From Candidatus Marinacidobacterales bacterium (lineage in GTDB: Bacteria; Acidobacteriota; Vicinamibacteria; Marinacidobacterales; SMYC01), in contig OZ250169.1 of NCBI GenBank assembly GCA_965237955.1, forward strand, positions 3,040,001-3,104,000: a DNA stretch of 64,000 nt. The letters are read 5' to 3'. Position numbers and translations under genes: made by a program. The notes under the pieces are model-generated. The model was not told the origin of the DNA. It saw only the letters and a list, made by a program, of their open reading frames with translations, and ran no database searches. How positions within the stretch are numbered: the first letter of the stretch is position 1; each line of letters opens with the position of its first letter. Positions 1 to 10,679 of the stretch are shown here, piece after piece.

Positions 1-543
1 ATGGAGCGCGTCTTGGCGCGTCGCTCCAATACGTTTCGGCTCGAAACCGAGGCCGAGAATCGTTTCCTTCGCGTCGATAGCCGGAACTCTGCGTCGGCGC
101 TTTGGCGGCGAGTCGATGTCACCGGCGAGCTCATCCTTTCGTGGCGATGGCGGGTGTCGACGAGCCTCGGGCACATTGACGACGTGCGGCGGCGGAGAAG
201 CGACGACTATGCAGCAAGGGTCGCCGTCATGTTCGACGGGACGCCGTTCGCGCGCACGACGCCGCTTCTCATGTACGTGTGGGCGGGGAACGAGAGTGTC
301 GGGAACGTGTACCCGAGCCCTTACAGCGACCAAGCGGCGACCATCGTCTTGAGAAGCGGGGACGTGGATAGCGGCGAGTGGTTCATGGAAGAGCGCGACG
401 TGTCGGCGGATTTCGAGCGCTACTTCTGTCGACCTGCAGAGCGAGTCACCGGGGTCGTGCTCATGGTCGATACCGACAACACGGACTCGCAAGCCACCGC
501 TTGGTTCGACGAGCTCGTGCTCCACCGCGACGCGGAGCCTTGA
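1..543 (+). CDS. DUF3047 family protein (possibly 5'-incomplete at window edge)
   Basis: Motifs LSWRWRV, DDYAARV, YVW, GEW..E.RDV..DF, MVDTDNT typical of DUF3047. Confidence 0.7.
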   Translation: MERVLARRSNTFRLETEAENRFLRVDSRNSASALWRRVDVTGELILSWRWRVSTSLGHIDDVRRRRSDDYAARVAVMFDGTPFARTTPLLMYVWAGNESVGNVYPSPYSDQAATIVLRSGDVDSGEWFMEERDVSADFERYFCRPAERVTGVVLMVDTDNTDSQATAWFDELVLHRDAEP

Positions 544-551
544 CCGCGCGT

Positions 552-608
552 GGCGTTGTTGCACTGCTCTTGGCTGAGAGCGAAATCTGCCTATCGTGGT
601 GGCCGGGG
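552..608 (+). mobile_element. IS5-family left-end fragment
   Basis: GGCGTTGTTGCAC...GGCTGAGAGCGAAATC matches the left end of the intact elements at 38729 and 44730. Confidence 0.75.
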
Positions 609-717
609 TCGGAGAGCAGATGATGCAAGAGGTAGCTTGAGGTCAGCCCAACAGGCTGGCGGCCGTCGACAATGGCACGGACGATGTCGGGTGCCAGGAA
701 AGCATAGCGGATTGCCT

Positions 718-876
718 CGATATTCGCTCTCGACTAGGTGGTCATCTGCATGGTGACGACCCGTCCGCCCAAGACAATTGTAGAGCCTACGGTCCTTGGC
801 CCAGTCGCAAACACAGACACTAAGCTGTTGATTTATCAGCTATTTCAAAAGGGCTGAGTTTTGGCACAGGACGGGG
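718..876 (+). mobile_element. Solo right end of rve-integrase element family 1
   Basis: Closely matches 30126-30283, ending TTTTGGCACAGGACGGGG. Confidence 0.85.
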
Positions 877-2223
877 TCGGCACGGGTTGTCGATTTTGTT
901 CGTTCGCTCGGATTCTCAAGCGAATGGGCTGGGGAGCGGAACAGGCGCCGTCCTCCCTTTTTGGAGGTTGAAGGCCCCTACGCGCTCCCAGAACTCCACG
1001 ACTATCAAAAGAAGATCGTCACCAAGGTGCGGAGGATGCTCCACAATGGGCGCGTGAATGGTGCCGAACGGCGCGGGATGATCAGCATGCCGACCGGCTC
1101 GGGCAAGACGCGCGTCGCCGTGCAGGCAATCGTCGAGGCGATGTGTCGCGATGGCTTCGAGGGCGGTGTTCTCTGGGTCGCGGACCGCGACGAGTTGTGC
1201 GAACAAGCAGTCGAGGCATGGCGGCAAGTGTGGTCGAGCATCGGCGCGCATGGATCGCGGCTGCGTGTCTCCAGAATGTGGGCCGGACAGCCAAGCCCGC
1301 AGCAGACGAGCGACCTGCATGCTGTCGTCGCCACGATCCAGACGCTCACCGCGAAACTTTCCAAGCAGTCCAGCGAGTACGGCTTTCTGGTGGATTTCAA
1401 GCTCGTCGTTTTCGACGAGGCGCATCGGTCGATTGCTCCGACCTTCACTTCCGTCATGGAAGAGATTGGATTGACGCGCTGGAAGAGGGCGGACGAGCCG
1501 TTTCTGCTCGGTCTCACCGCAACGCCCTATCGGGGGCACAACGAGGAAGAAACCTCCAGACTGGCCGGCCGTTATGGCAGAAACCGGCTCGATGCCGAGG
1601 CTTTCGCGAGCGACGACCCACAGGAAGTCATAGCCGGATTGCAGGATATGCGCGTGCTCGCACGAGCGGATCAAGAACCCATCGAAGGCGGCGTGTTTTC
1701 GCTGAACATCGAAGAGTTGCGGCAAATGGCATCCGCGCCGTGGCTCCCTCGAAGCGTGGAAGATCGCATCGCCCAGGACTCCGCTCGCACCAAGCGCATC
1801 ATCGAGGCGTACGAGACACATGTCGATCCGAGCTGGCCCACTCTCATCTTCGCGACATCTGTAGAGCACGCGAAGACGGTAGCGGCCCTTCTGAATAGGA
1901 GAGGCATCAAGTCAAGGGCAGTGAGCGGAGATACAGAACCCTCGACACGCCGACGGGTGGTAGAGGAGTTCCGGTGCGGCAGGATCAAGGCACTCGTGAA
2001 CTACGGCGTATTCCGGGAGGGCTTCGATGCGCCAAAGACACGAGCCATCATCGTGGCCCGGCCAGTCTACAGTCCGAATCTTTATTTTCAGATGGTCGGC
2101 AGAGGCTTACGCGGCGTCAAGAACGGCGGCAACGACCGGTGCCTCATACTCAACGTCCGGGACAATATCGAGAACTTCCAGCAAGCGCTCGCATTCTCGG
2201 ACTTGGACTGGCTTTGGGGCTGA
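877..2223 (+). pseudogene. SF2 DEAH helicase, C-terminal part of a 5'-truncated gene
   Basis: PTGSGKT, DEAH, GLTATP, EGFDAP, QMVGRGLR; frame is open back to the IS end at 876 with no real start. Confidence 0.8.
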
Positions 2224-2422
2224 TGACAAACCCAAGAGGAGGGCGCGGGATGAGCGTGTGCACGCTGACGCCCTTATTAGACGCGATGGCGTTCGCCGGC
2301 ACACGCAGGCCAACGGACACTAGCATTCAAATGCCTCTAGCGGCGTAGCAACATATCTGGACTCCTCTAGTCAAGCCCCTTTCTTAATAAATCTTCCATC
2401 GAAGCTGCGCATCCATCGCGTC

Positions 2423-2618
2423 GTGACGAGTGGGTCAGACTGCAAACGTATCTTCGGCCTCAGTGAGGAGCGTCTTGGGTGCTCCGGGCCATGATGGAAA
2501 ATCCGCGCGCGAGGAGCCAATCACTTTGAACGACCTCTTAGGGCCAGTGTTGCTATCGGCTTGACCCCGCGCCGGTCCGACCGGTACGCCATCAGTTGGA
2601 TGGGTATCGTCGCAGCCT
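2423..2618 (-). ncRNA. Putative bridge/seek RNA (copy 1); boundaries approximate
   Basis: Same sequence as 51795-51990, which carries target and donor matches. Confidence 0.7.
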
Positions 2619-2663
2619 CTTTTGGAAGGGAAAAAGGAAAACACGAAAGTGGAGCCTCTAAGT

Positions 2664-3695
2664 CTAAGCGGCCATCGGCGACTGGAATTCACTCTCGCGG
2701 GTGGAGACGGCCCAGACGATCCGGGCGAGTTTGTTGGCGACAGCAATCACGGCCTTGTTGTGTCCCCGCGAGCGGTGGACCTTCCGAGCCCAGGCGCGGA
2801 GCTTGTCGGGCGGGCTCTTACTGACGTTCGCCGCGCGGAGCACGGCGCGCCCGCCCTGGGTGAGGAGCATACGGAGGTAGGAGTCGCCACGCTTGGTGAT
2901 GCGTCCGAGGCGGCGAATGTCGCCACTGGAGTTTTCCTTGGGAACTAGGCCGAGGTAGCTCGAGAAGCGGCGCCCCGATGGGAAGCGGCGAAGATCGCCG
3001 ACGAAGCCCACGATGGCGGTCGCGGTCAGAAGTCCGATGCCGGGAATGGCGAGAAGTCGTTGGACTTCAGGAAGCTGCTTGGTGAGCGCCTTGAGCTCGT
3101 GCTCGATGCCAGCGCACTTGTCCTTGAGTTCTCGAATCTCGGAGCAGGCATCACGGAGATGCGAACGGAGCACGTCGGGCAAATCAGAATCAGCGTCTTC
3201 GACGAGTTCGAAGAGGGCGGGCACGACGAAGTGAGCGCCCTTTGGGATGATGAATCCGAGTTCGCGCAGGATCCCGCGTACGGCATTGATGCGTGCGGTC
3301 CGTGTGGAGAGCCATCCTGAGCGCAGGCGATGGAGCGCGGCGAGGCTGTGCTGGTGCACGGACTTAATGGGCACGGGAAGAATCTCCTCGTTCCTGTAGG
3401 CCTCGAGCAACGCTTTGGCGTCGGCGCGGTCGTTCTTGCTCCCGCGTCGATAGGGCCTCACGAGGTGAGGTGGGAGCAGGACGACGTCGTGTCCCAACCT
3501 TCGGAACGTCCTTGCCCAGAAGTGAGCAGAGCCGCAGGCTTCGAGAAGCACGGTGGCAGCGCTCTGTTTGGCAAAAAACGACACCAACTTGGGTCGACTC
3601 ACACGGAGTTGCTTGGACACCTTCCCCGCTTCTCCCGAGATGGCAATCTCGAAGACGTTCTTTGCAAGATCCACAGCGATCGTCGTATCTTTCAT
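2664..3695 (-). CDS. IS110/IS1111 DEDD recombinase (transposase)
   Basis: VDLAK, LEACG, KNDRADA (DEDD), PGIG, ENSSG (catalytic Ser region), KRGD.YLR; AGGAGG RBS before MKDTT. Confidence 0.95.
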   Translation of the reverse strand: MKDTTIAVDLAKNVFEIAISGEAGKVSKQLRVSRPKLVSFFAKQSAATVLLEACGSAHFWARTFRRLGHDVVLLPPHLVRPYRRGSKNDRADAKALLEAYRNEEILPVPIKSVHQHSLAALHRLRSGWLSTRTARINAVRGILRELGFIIPKGAHFVVPALFELVEDADSDLPDVLRSHLRDACSEIRELKDKCAGIEHELKALTKQLPEVQRLLAIPGIGLLTATAIVGFVGDLRRFPSGRRFSSYLGLVPKENSSGDIRRLGRITKRGDSYLRMLLTQGGRAVLRAANVSKSPPDKLRAWARKVHRSRGHNKAVIAVANKLARIVWAVSTRESEFQSPMAA

Positions 3696-4099
3696 TCGGA
3701 CTCCTCCTTTTCGATGCGTATTCGACTGACTTTGGCACATCGATGCCGTCTATGTCAGCGGAGGAGTCCATTCCATCACTTGATGGCAGAAGCACCGCTT
3801 CACGAGCACGTCATCTCGAACGCGCGCGAATCCCGCACCCTCGCCGTTCCGCGGGACACGCTACTTCCCAGGCTTCATTTCCGACGAGCTGCGGGTAAAG
3901 GGAAATCACAACCCTTCGGAGCAACGCCTCTAGTCCAGTTTGACAGCCGGGTAACGAACGAACATGGGAATACGCTGTCGCGGGGTTTCTTTCGGGCGCC
4001 TGACCTCAACCTTAGAAGTATTGCACAGACCATTCACCGCCAACCGTTTACAGGCTTATCGGGGGGAAACATGAGGACTGCCAGCAGCTCGGAACATCG

Positions 4100-7000
4100 A
4101 TGAACTATCCCTTGAGACACATCTCCATCCGCGTCCCTTGGCACGATACCGGATGGGACGGGCGCGTCTGCGCCGCGCCGCGGCTGAATGGCGCTTGCCT
4201 TAAGCTGAAGCGCATTGCAGAAGACCGAGACGACGATGCAGAGGAATCCGTTGCGGGAAGGAGCATCAAGGATCTCCTGCAGGCGAAGTGGCCATCGTGT
4301 ATTGCCGAGCGCTCGAGTTTCATGGCGCCCTTTGAGTATGTCCGCGAGGCCGATCATCCTTACAACCGCGGCCCTGAGACAAGCCACGGCCACTTCAAGC
4401 GAACTCCTCTGCGCCATCCACCCTACTCTGCGCCGGCGGTACCCTTCGCCTGGGTGCTTCGCGAGGCGATGGAAGCCTTTGGCAAGGAGCATGCGCTGGA
4501 TGTTCAGGCCGAACGTGAACCCGACCTGGGCTTCAAAACCCAGTGGGTTCAGGAGCACCTGAACCAGACTGTTCTGCTCGACTGTTTCGCCAGCCACCTC
4601 AAGTCCGAACACTCCCTCTGCTTCTTCTACGCCAAGCAGGTACCATTCGTGGAGGCCTCAGCCGGCGTCCGCATTCTGATCGGCGTCGGACGCGTGCTGC
4701 ATGTCGGTGCCGCGCAGGAGTACGCCTACACTACGAAGGATCTCAAAGGCAAACTGCGCTCTATGTTGTGGGAGCGCATGGTTCAGCACTCCATTCGTCC
4801 CGACTTCAAGGATGGCTTCTTGCTGCCGTATCACGCGGCCATCGAGAAGGCTGCTGAAGACTCAGAGTTCGATCCGGCAGAGATCGCTGCTTTCTCACCC
4901 ACCGATCGACTCCTCGAGTTCTCGCATGCCTCGCAATTGGTCAGCCATGACGGTGCCATTGCATCGTTGCTCGCGTGCGCCGAATCGCTTCGCAAGGCCA
5001 AGGGAGTCCTGCTAGGGCCGTGGGACCAGTGCCTGCAGTGGATCGACGCGCGTCTCGGTGAACTATGGAAGGCGCGAGGCCCGTGCCCTGGACTCGGCTC
5101 GGCGCTGTCCGCGTTCGGGTTGCAGTTCGGCACTTTCGTCGCCCGCGCCCTCGCCGAGAAGGCGGGTGCCAACACCGATCCCTGGCCGTTGGTTGACAAG
5201 ATGTTTGCCGATCCCAATAAACACCTGCCAGACCCACTGGCCCAGAGCGTCGGCAAGACGCTGTGCAGCAAGTGGTACCGTCTACCCGATGATCGCCGTG
5301 CGCTGCTCAAACTCGTCAGCCGCTTCGAGATCACACGGGAGCAGGCGACCGCTCTCTACGTTCAGGAGGAGCGTGCCAAGGCGGGAATCGACACGCACGA
5401 CACAGCCATTCTCGCCAACCCGTACCTGTTCTACGAATTGACGCGCTTGACTGGCGACCCCGTCAGCGTCTGGACCGTCGACCGGGGTGTCTTTCCGGAC
5501 GAGGTCATCCGAGAGAAGCACCCGTTGCCTGCGCCGACGGCTTTGGACGCCGGAACGGATGCCCGACGGGTCCGCGCGTTCACCGTCAAGGTTCTTGAAG
5601 ACACGGCCGGCGTCGGCAACACGCTCCTTCCGCAGGATCAGGTGGTCCTCGGCATCCGCGGGCTCACTCTCCAGCCACCTTGTGAGGTGGACGCCGACCT
5701 GATGAACGTCGCCAAGGACGACTTCGAGGATTCAGTCGACGAGCTCGCCATGGCCAACGGAGCTCCGGCCCTCCAGTTGGGTCGTCTGGCGCAGGTGGGA
5801 GCGACCATCCGCGTGGCGATCGATAAGCGGGTCAAGGGCAAGCGCATGACCGTCGCGGCCGATTGGCGAAAGCTCCTCGACGCCCACCTCGCCGCGCAGT
5901 CAACTGGAGAGCCCGACGAACTAGAAGAGAGCGCCCGGGCGGAGAAGACTGCGGCGCTGACTGAACTTGCAGAGGCGCGGCTCTCAGTGCTGATCGGCCC
6001 CGCCGGAACAGGCAAAACCACCTTGCTGTCGGTGCTCTGTTCACACCCAAAGGTCGCGGCGGGCGGAATCCTGCTACTTGCGCCTACCGGAAAGGCGCGC
6101 GTGCGCATGGAGCAGTTCACCCAGGGCCTGAAACTCAAGGGCTACACTATCGCCCAGTTCCTGAGTCCGCACCGCTACGACGGCACCACCGGCCGCTATC
6201 GGCTTTCGGACAAACCAATCGAGGCCGGCGAGCAAACGGTCATCATCGACGAGGCTTCGATGCTGACCGAAGAGATGCTCGCGGCGCTGATCCAAGCGCT
6301 CAAGGGCGTGCACCGGCTCATTCTCATCGGTGATCCGCGCCAGCTCCCGCCCATCGGCGCGGGTCGCCCGTTCGTGGATATCGTCAAGCGCCTCACTCCG
6401 CAAGACGTCACGGAGAAGTCCCCGCGCGTCGGCCCGGGCTATGCTGAATTGACCATCCGCCGCCGCCAGGCAGGAGAGGATCGCGAAGACCTGCAGCTTG
6501 CGGAATGGTTCAGCGGCGCACCTATTGCGGCGGGCGAGGATGAGGTGTTCGACAAGGTGGTGCACACCGGCCGAAGCCAGCACGTTCGCTTCGTGCAGTG
6601 GGAGACCGCTGACGATATGCGCTCAAGCCTCATCGACGTCTTGGTGAGTGAACTGAAACTCCCCGACGGCACGCTGGCTCTCAATGGCCCCGATGACATC
6701 GCTGGCTTCGATGCCACGCTCGGGGGTGAGGCCTGGAACGACATGCGCTTCTTCAATCCTCGCAGAGACGAGAAGGCCGGTGCCGCCGAGACGGCCGCGG
6801 GCTGGCAGATCCTCTCGCCGGTACGGTCCGCGGCTCATGGTGTGCCCGACCTGAATCGCTTCATCCACAAGCAGTTCCGGCAGACGATGATCGATGCCGC
6901 GCGCGAGGTGGGGTGGCGGCGCAAGTATCCCAAGCCCATGGGGGCCGAGGAGATCGTATACGGGGACAAGGTCATCAACCTAGTGAACACCGACCCAAAA

Positions 7001-7861
7001 CTCTGGTGGAACAAGCACCGCAAGGTTTACCCGGCGAAGGATGACGCCTACATCGCCAACGGCGAAATCGGTATGGCTGTCGGCTTCTTCCGTAAGAGGG
7101 GGGGGCCGGACTTTCGCTGGAAACTCGAGGTCGAGTTCTCTTCGCAACCTGGCTTCAAGTACGACTTCACCAGTCGTGACTTTGGGGAAGAAAGCAATGC
7201 GGTCCTTGAACTCGCCTACGCGCTGACGGTGCACAAGTCCCAGGGCAGCGAATTCGGTACGGTCATCCTCGTGTTGCCGAACCCTTGCCGCCTGCTCTCG
7301 CGCGAGTTGCTCTATACTGCACTTACTCGCCAGAAAGATCGCATCGTCATCCTGCACCAGGGCCCGCGCACCGAGTTGCGTAAGTATTCCTCGGACGACC
7401 GCTCGGAAACCGCGCGGCGCTTGACCAACCTCTTCGTCGCGCCGTCACCCGTCGAAATCGATGGCCGCTTCTTCGAGGATTACCTGATCCATCGCACCGC
7501 GCGCGCCGAAATGGTGCGATCCAAATCTGAAGTGATCATCGCAGACCATCTTGCCAACAATGGCGTCGCGTACGGCTACGAACAGCCGCTCACCATCGAG
7601 GGCATCACCAAGTACCCTGATTTCACCATTGAGGACATAGAGTCAGGGTTGACGTTCTATTGGGAGCACTGCGGAATGCTACATGTGCCCAGCTACCGCC
7701 GCCGTTGGCAAGAGAAGCTCGGGTGGTACCGAGCCCACGGCATTCTGCCGCTGGAAGAAGGGAGCGGCAAGAACGGCACACTGATCATTACGCGCGACGA
7801 AGCCAATGGAAGTATCGACTCCGCGAAAATCAATACCCTCATTACAGACGTGCTCAATTGA
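4100..7861 (+). CDS. RecD-like SF1B helicase with long N-terminal region and C-terminal PD-(D/E)XK-type nuclease
   Basis: GPAGTGKT, IIDEASM, GDPRQLPPI, YALTVHKSQGSEF, LYTALTR; C-terminal RSKSE...YPDF...YWEH. Confidence 0.85.
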   Translation: MNYPLRHISIRVPWHDTGWDGRVCAAPRLNGACLKLKRIAEDRDDDAEESVAGRSIKDLLQAKWPSCIAERSSFMAPFEYVREADHPYNRGPETSHGHFKRTPLRHPPYSAPAVPFAWVLREAMEAFGKEHALDVQAEREPDLGFKTQWVQEHLNQTVLLDCFASHLKSEHSLCFFYAKQVPFVEASAGVRILIGVGRVLHVGAAQEYAYTTKDLKGKLRSMLWERMVQHSIRPDFKDGFLLPYHAAIEKAAEDSEFDPAEIAAFSPTDRLLEFSHASQLVSHDGAIASLLACAESLRKAKGVLLGPWDQCLQWIDARLGELWKARGPCPGLGSALSAFGLQFGTFVARALAEKAGANTDPWPLVDKMFADPNKHLPDPLAQSVGKTLCSKWYRLPDDRRALLKLVSRFEITREQATALYVQEERAKAGIDTHDTAILANPYLFYELTRLTGDPVSVWTVDRGVFPDEVIREKHPLPAPTALDAGTDARRVRAFTVKVLEDTAGVGNTLLPQDQVVLGIRGLTLQPPCEVDADLMNVAKDDFEDSVDELAMANGAPALQLGRLAQVGATIRVAIDKRVKGKRMTVAADWRKLLDAHLAAQSTGEPDELEESARAEKTAALTELAEARLSVLIGPAGTGKTTLLSVLCSHPKVAAGGILLLAPTGKARVRMEQFTQGLKLKGYTIAQFLSPHRYDGTTGRYRLSDKPIEAGEQTVIIDEASMLTEEMLAALIQALKGVHRLILIGDPRQLPPIGAGRPFVDIVKRLTPQDVTEKSPRVGPGYAELTIRRRQAGEDREDLQLAEWFSGAPIAAGEDEVFDKVVHTGRSQHVRFVQWETADDMRSSLIDVLVSELKLPDGTLALNGPDDIAGFDATLGGEAWNDMRFFNPRRDEKAGAAETAAGWQILSPVRSAAHGVPDLNRFIHKQFRQTMIDAAREVGWRRKYPKPMGAEEIVYGDKVINLVNTDPKLWWNKHRKVYPAKDDAYIANGEIGMAVGFFRKRGGPDFRWKLEVEFSSQPGFKYDFTSRDFGEESNAVLELAYALTVHKSQGSEFGTVILVLPNPCRLLSRELLYTALTRQKDRIVILHQGPRTELRKYSSDDRSETARRLTNLFVAPSPVEIDGRFFEDYLIHRTARAEMVRSKSEVIIADHLANNGVAYGYEQPLTIEGITKYPDFTIEDIESGLTFYWEHCGMLHVPSYRRRWQEKLGWYRAHGILPLEEGSGKNGTLIITRDEANGSIDSAKINTLITDVLN

Positions 7862-7872
7862 TCTTTTGAGTT

Positions 7873-7978
7873 TGATCCAGTTTCGTGGACACCTTCTGAA
7901 AGGCGGATACGATGTCCACGATGGCAAAGACAACGCAGCCCCGGCGACGTCGCCTGGAGTTTGATGACGAATTCAAGA
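7873..7978 (+). mobile_element. IS3-family left end and orfA start (fragment)
   Basis: TGATCCAGTTTCGTGGACAC.. similar to 59982-60105. Confidence 0.75.
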
Positions 7979-8108
7979 TGGCTGCGGTCCGGCTGGTTGA
8001 GCCTTCTATTTATTCATTCGCGCGCACCGAACTTGATTAGTCTCCGGTCTGCCGGGACCATGCCGACATGATTTCGTCGTTTGTTCGCGCTCTCGTCTCT
8101 GCCTTCAA
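7979..8108 (+). mobile_element. Left end of rve element family 3 (fragment)
   Basis: GCCTTCTATTTATTCAT.. plus MISSFVRALVSAF start, repeated at 8550, 16210, 32178, 41766, 61001, 62330. Confidence 0.7.
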
Positions 8109-8109
8109 C

Positions 8110-8392
8110 CCCCTCGTGTCATGTGGAAATCGATTCGCACGACCAATACTCTGGAGAATCTCAACCGCGAGTTTCGACGCCGGACGAAAACCCAAGCGTC
8201 GTTCTCCAGCGAGGAGTCCGCGGTCGCTTTGCTGTTTGGGCTTATCGCCTCTGGCCAGATTCAACTACGGCGCATCGACGGCTACCAACGTCTGAGTGAG
8301 GTTCTCGAACACGCGGAGGTTGCCGCCTGATCTGATGCCCTGATGACAGAGTGGAGGGCGCCGTTCTTTTTCCACGAACCTCGGGACACATC
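8110..8392 (+). mobile_element. IS256-family transposase C-terminal fragment and right end
   Basis: IRTTNTLENLNREFRRRTK motif; end TTTTTCCACGAACCTCGGGACACATCC also at about 16640-16665. Confidence 0.75.
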
Positions 8393-8549
8393 CAGCGCCC
8401 AAGTCTCTGCGCGTGCGTGGCAGGGTGGGACACCCCGTCCTGTGCCAAAACTCGGCCCTTTTGAAATAGACCACAAATCAGCAGCTTAGACGCCCTTGGA
8501 ATCCGCGCAGAAGCGAGGGTATCTCGCGCCGCAGGGTTGTCTTCCGACC

Positions 8550-8707
8550 TGTGCCTTCTATTTTATTCATCCGCGGGCACCAGCTCGCGACGAGCCTTGA
8601 AGGCAGAGATGAGAGCAAGAACAAACGACGAAATCATGTAGGTATGGTGCCGGTAGACCGAAGACCAATCAAGTTCGGGGCGCGCGGATGAATAAATAGA
8701 AGGCACA
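8550..8707. mobile_element. Miniature rve family 3 element with both terminal IRs
   Basis: TGTGCCTTCTATTTTATTCATCCGCG ... CGCGGATGAATAAATAGAAGGCACA. Confidence 0.75.
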
Positions 8708-8955
8708 GGAGCTTCCGGTTCTTGGCTGGAAGGTGCTTCCGCAATCAAGTGTTGGTGACTGCCGCGTAACCCGCTCGTGTGCTAGAGTTTGAGCCTGATT
8801 TCGGGAGACGCAGTTTTTTCGACGATGCGGGCTGGGCTGACCACACGGTGCCTGACATTCAGGGACACCTTCGTGTGCACGCCGACATCCTTATCAATGG
8901 CGTTCGCCGACACAGGCAGGCCAGCTGACATTAGCATTCAAACACGGCGTAGCAA

Positions 8956-10382
8956 CATATCTGGACTCCTCTAGTCAAGCCCCTTTCTTAATAAATCTTC
9001 CATCGAAGCTGCGCATCCATCGCGTCGTGACGAGTGGGTCAGACTGCAAACGTATCTTCGGCCTCAGTGAGGAGCGTCTTGGGTGCTCCGGGCCATGATG
9101 GAAAATCCGCGCGCGAGGAGCCAATCACTTTGAACGACCTCTTAGGGCCAGTGTTGCTATCGGCTTGACCCCGCGCCGGTCCGACCGGTACGCCATCAGT
9201 TGGATGGGTATCGTCGCAGCCTCTTTTGGAAGGGAAAAAGGAAAACACGAAAGTGGAGCCTCTAAGTCTAAGCGGCCATCGGCGACTGGAATTCACTCTC
9301 GCGGGTGGAGACGGCCCAGACGATCCGGGCGAGTTTGTTGGCGACAGCAATCACGGCCTTGTTGTGTCCCCGCGAGCGGTGGACCTTCCGAGCCCAGGCG
9401 CGGAGCTTGTCGGGCGGGCTCTTACTGACGTTCGCCGCGCGGAGCACGGCGCGCCCGCCCTGGGTGAGGAGCATACGGAGGTAGGAGTCGCCACGCTTGG
9501 TGATGCGTCCGAGGCGGCGAATGTCGCCACTGGAGTTTTCCTTGGGAACTAGGCCGAGGTAGCTCGAGAAGCGGCGCCCCGATGGGAAGCGGCGAAGATC
9601 GCCGACGAAGCCCACGATGGCGGTCGCGGTCAGAAGTCCGATGCCGGGAATGGCGAGAAGTCGTTGGACTTCAGGAAGCTGCTTGGTGAGCGCCTTGAGC
9701 TCGTGCTCGATGCCAGCGCACTTGTCCTTGAGTTCTCGAATCTCGGAGCAGGCATCACGGAGATGCGAACGGAGCACGTCGGGCAAATCAGAATCAGCGT
9801 CTTCGACGAGTTCGAAGAGGGCGGGCACGACGAAGTGAGCGCCCTTTGGGATGATGAATCCGAGTTCGCGCAGGATCCCGCGTACGGCATTGATGCGTGC
9901 GGTCCGTGTGGAGAGCCATCCTGAGCGCAGGCGATGGAGCGCGGCGAGGCTGTGCTGGTGCACGGACTTAATGGGCACGGGAAGAATCTCCTCGTTCCTG
10001 TAGGCCTCGAGCAACGCTTTGGCGTCGGCGCGGTCGTTCTTGCTCCCGCGTCGATAGGGCCTCACGAGGTGAGGTGGGAGCAGGACGACGTCGTGTCCCA
10101 ACCTTCGGAACGTCCTTGCCCAGAAGTGAGCAGAGCCGCAGGCTTCGAGAAGCACGGTGGCAGCGCTCTGTTTGGCAAAAAACGACACCAACTTGGGTCG
10201 ACTCACACGGAGTTGCTTGGACACCTTCCCCGCTTCTCCCGAGATGGCAATCTCGAAGACGTTCTTTGCAAGATCCACAGCGATCGTCGTATCTTTCATT
10301 CGGACTCCTCCTTTTCGATGCGTATTCGACTGACTTTGGCACATCGATGCCGTCTATGTCAGCGGAGGAGTCCATTCCATCA
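8956..10382 (-). mobile_element. IS110-family (IS1111 group) element, copy 2
   Basis: Same ends and sequence as copy 1. Confidence 0.92.
9268..10299 (-). CDS. IS110/IS1111 DEDD recombinase
   Basis: Protein identical to 2664-3695 in the ORF track. Confidence 0.95.
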   Translation of the reverse strand: MKDTTIAVDLAKNVFEIAISGEAGKVSKQLRVSRPKLVSFFAKQSAATVLLEACGSAHFWARTFRRLGHDVVLLPPHLVRPYRRGSKNDRADAKALLEAYRNEEILPVPIKSVHQHSLAALHRLRSGWLSTRTARINAVRGILRELGFIIPKGAHFVVPALFELVEDADSDLPDVLRSHLRDACSEIRELKDKCAGIEHELKALTKQLPEVQRLLAIPGIGLLTATAIVGFVGDLRRFPSGRRFSSYLGLVPKENSSGDIRRLGRITKRGDSYLRMLLTQGGRAVLRAANVSKSPPDKLRAWARKVHRSRGHNKAVIAVANKLARIVWAVSTRESEFQSPMAA

Positions 10383-10414
10383 CTTGATGGCGGAAGCACC
10401 ACAGCGGGTACACG

Positions 10415-10617
10415 CCGTGGACCTCCTCGTCAAACCAGACCGTCAAATCGTCCCGGCGGCGCAGGACCTTCGTTGCATTCCGCCCAGTTGCGAACGTGGT
10501 ACTTCTTCTGTTTCGGGTGTTTGTACCGGCTGCGCTTGGGATACTTCATGGTCAAACATACCCCGGCCACCACCATAGGCAGATTTCGCTCTCAGCCAAG
10601 AGCGGTGCAACAACGCC
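10415..10617 (-). mobile_element. IS5-family left end and degenerate 5' transposase fragment
   Basis: Reverse match to about 38729-38920 with indels. Confidence 0.75.
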
Positions 10618-10679
10618 TCGGGAGCTACGAGACCTGTCCTGGGCCACTCGTGGAGGGCAGGCGGTATTGTCGCACCCTT

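Larger units (their letters stand above)
2352..3778 (-). mobile_element. IS110-family (IS1111 group) element, copy 1
   Basis: Sub-terminal IRs TGGACTCCTC/GAGGAGTCCA, TG core at both junctions, long 3' non-coding region. Confidence 0.92.
2250..3796 (+). mobile_element. IS1-derived MITE-A (partial, left end missing) interrupted by IS1111-type element
   Basis: ATGGCGTTCGCCG...TAGCATTCAAA...GCGTAGCAACA then CTTGATGGCAGAAGCACC after the IS. Confidence 0.75.
8732..10400 (+). mobile_element. IS1-derived MITE-A (244 bp when empty) carrying IS1111-type copy 2
   Basis: TIRs GGTGCTTCCGCAATCAAGTGTTG / CAACA..CTTGATGGCGGAAGCACC; interior translates MRAGLTTRCLTFRDTF, like the IS1 C-terminus MQAGLTTRRLTFRDIF. 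Confidence 0.85.

Noticed and set aside
2435-2746. 103-aa ORF (MLSPTNSPG...) repeated with every IS1111 copy
   Set aside because: Overlaps the transposase out of frame, runs through the RNA region and is broken by the 2-bp insertion in copy 3; likely spurious.
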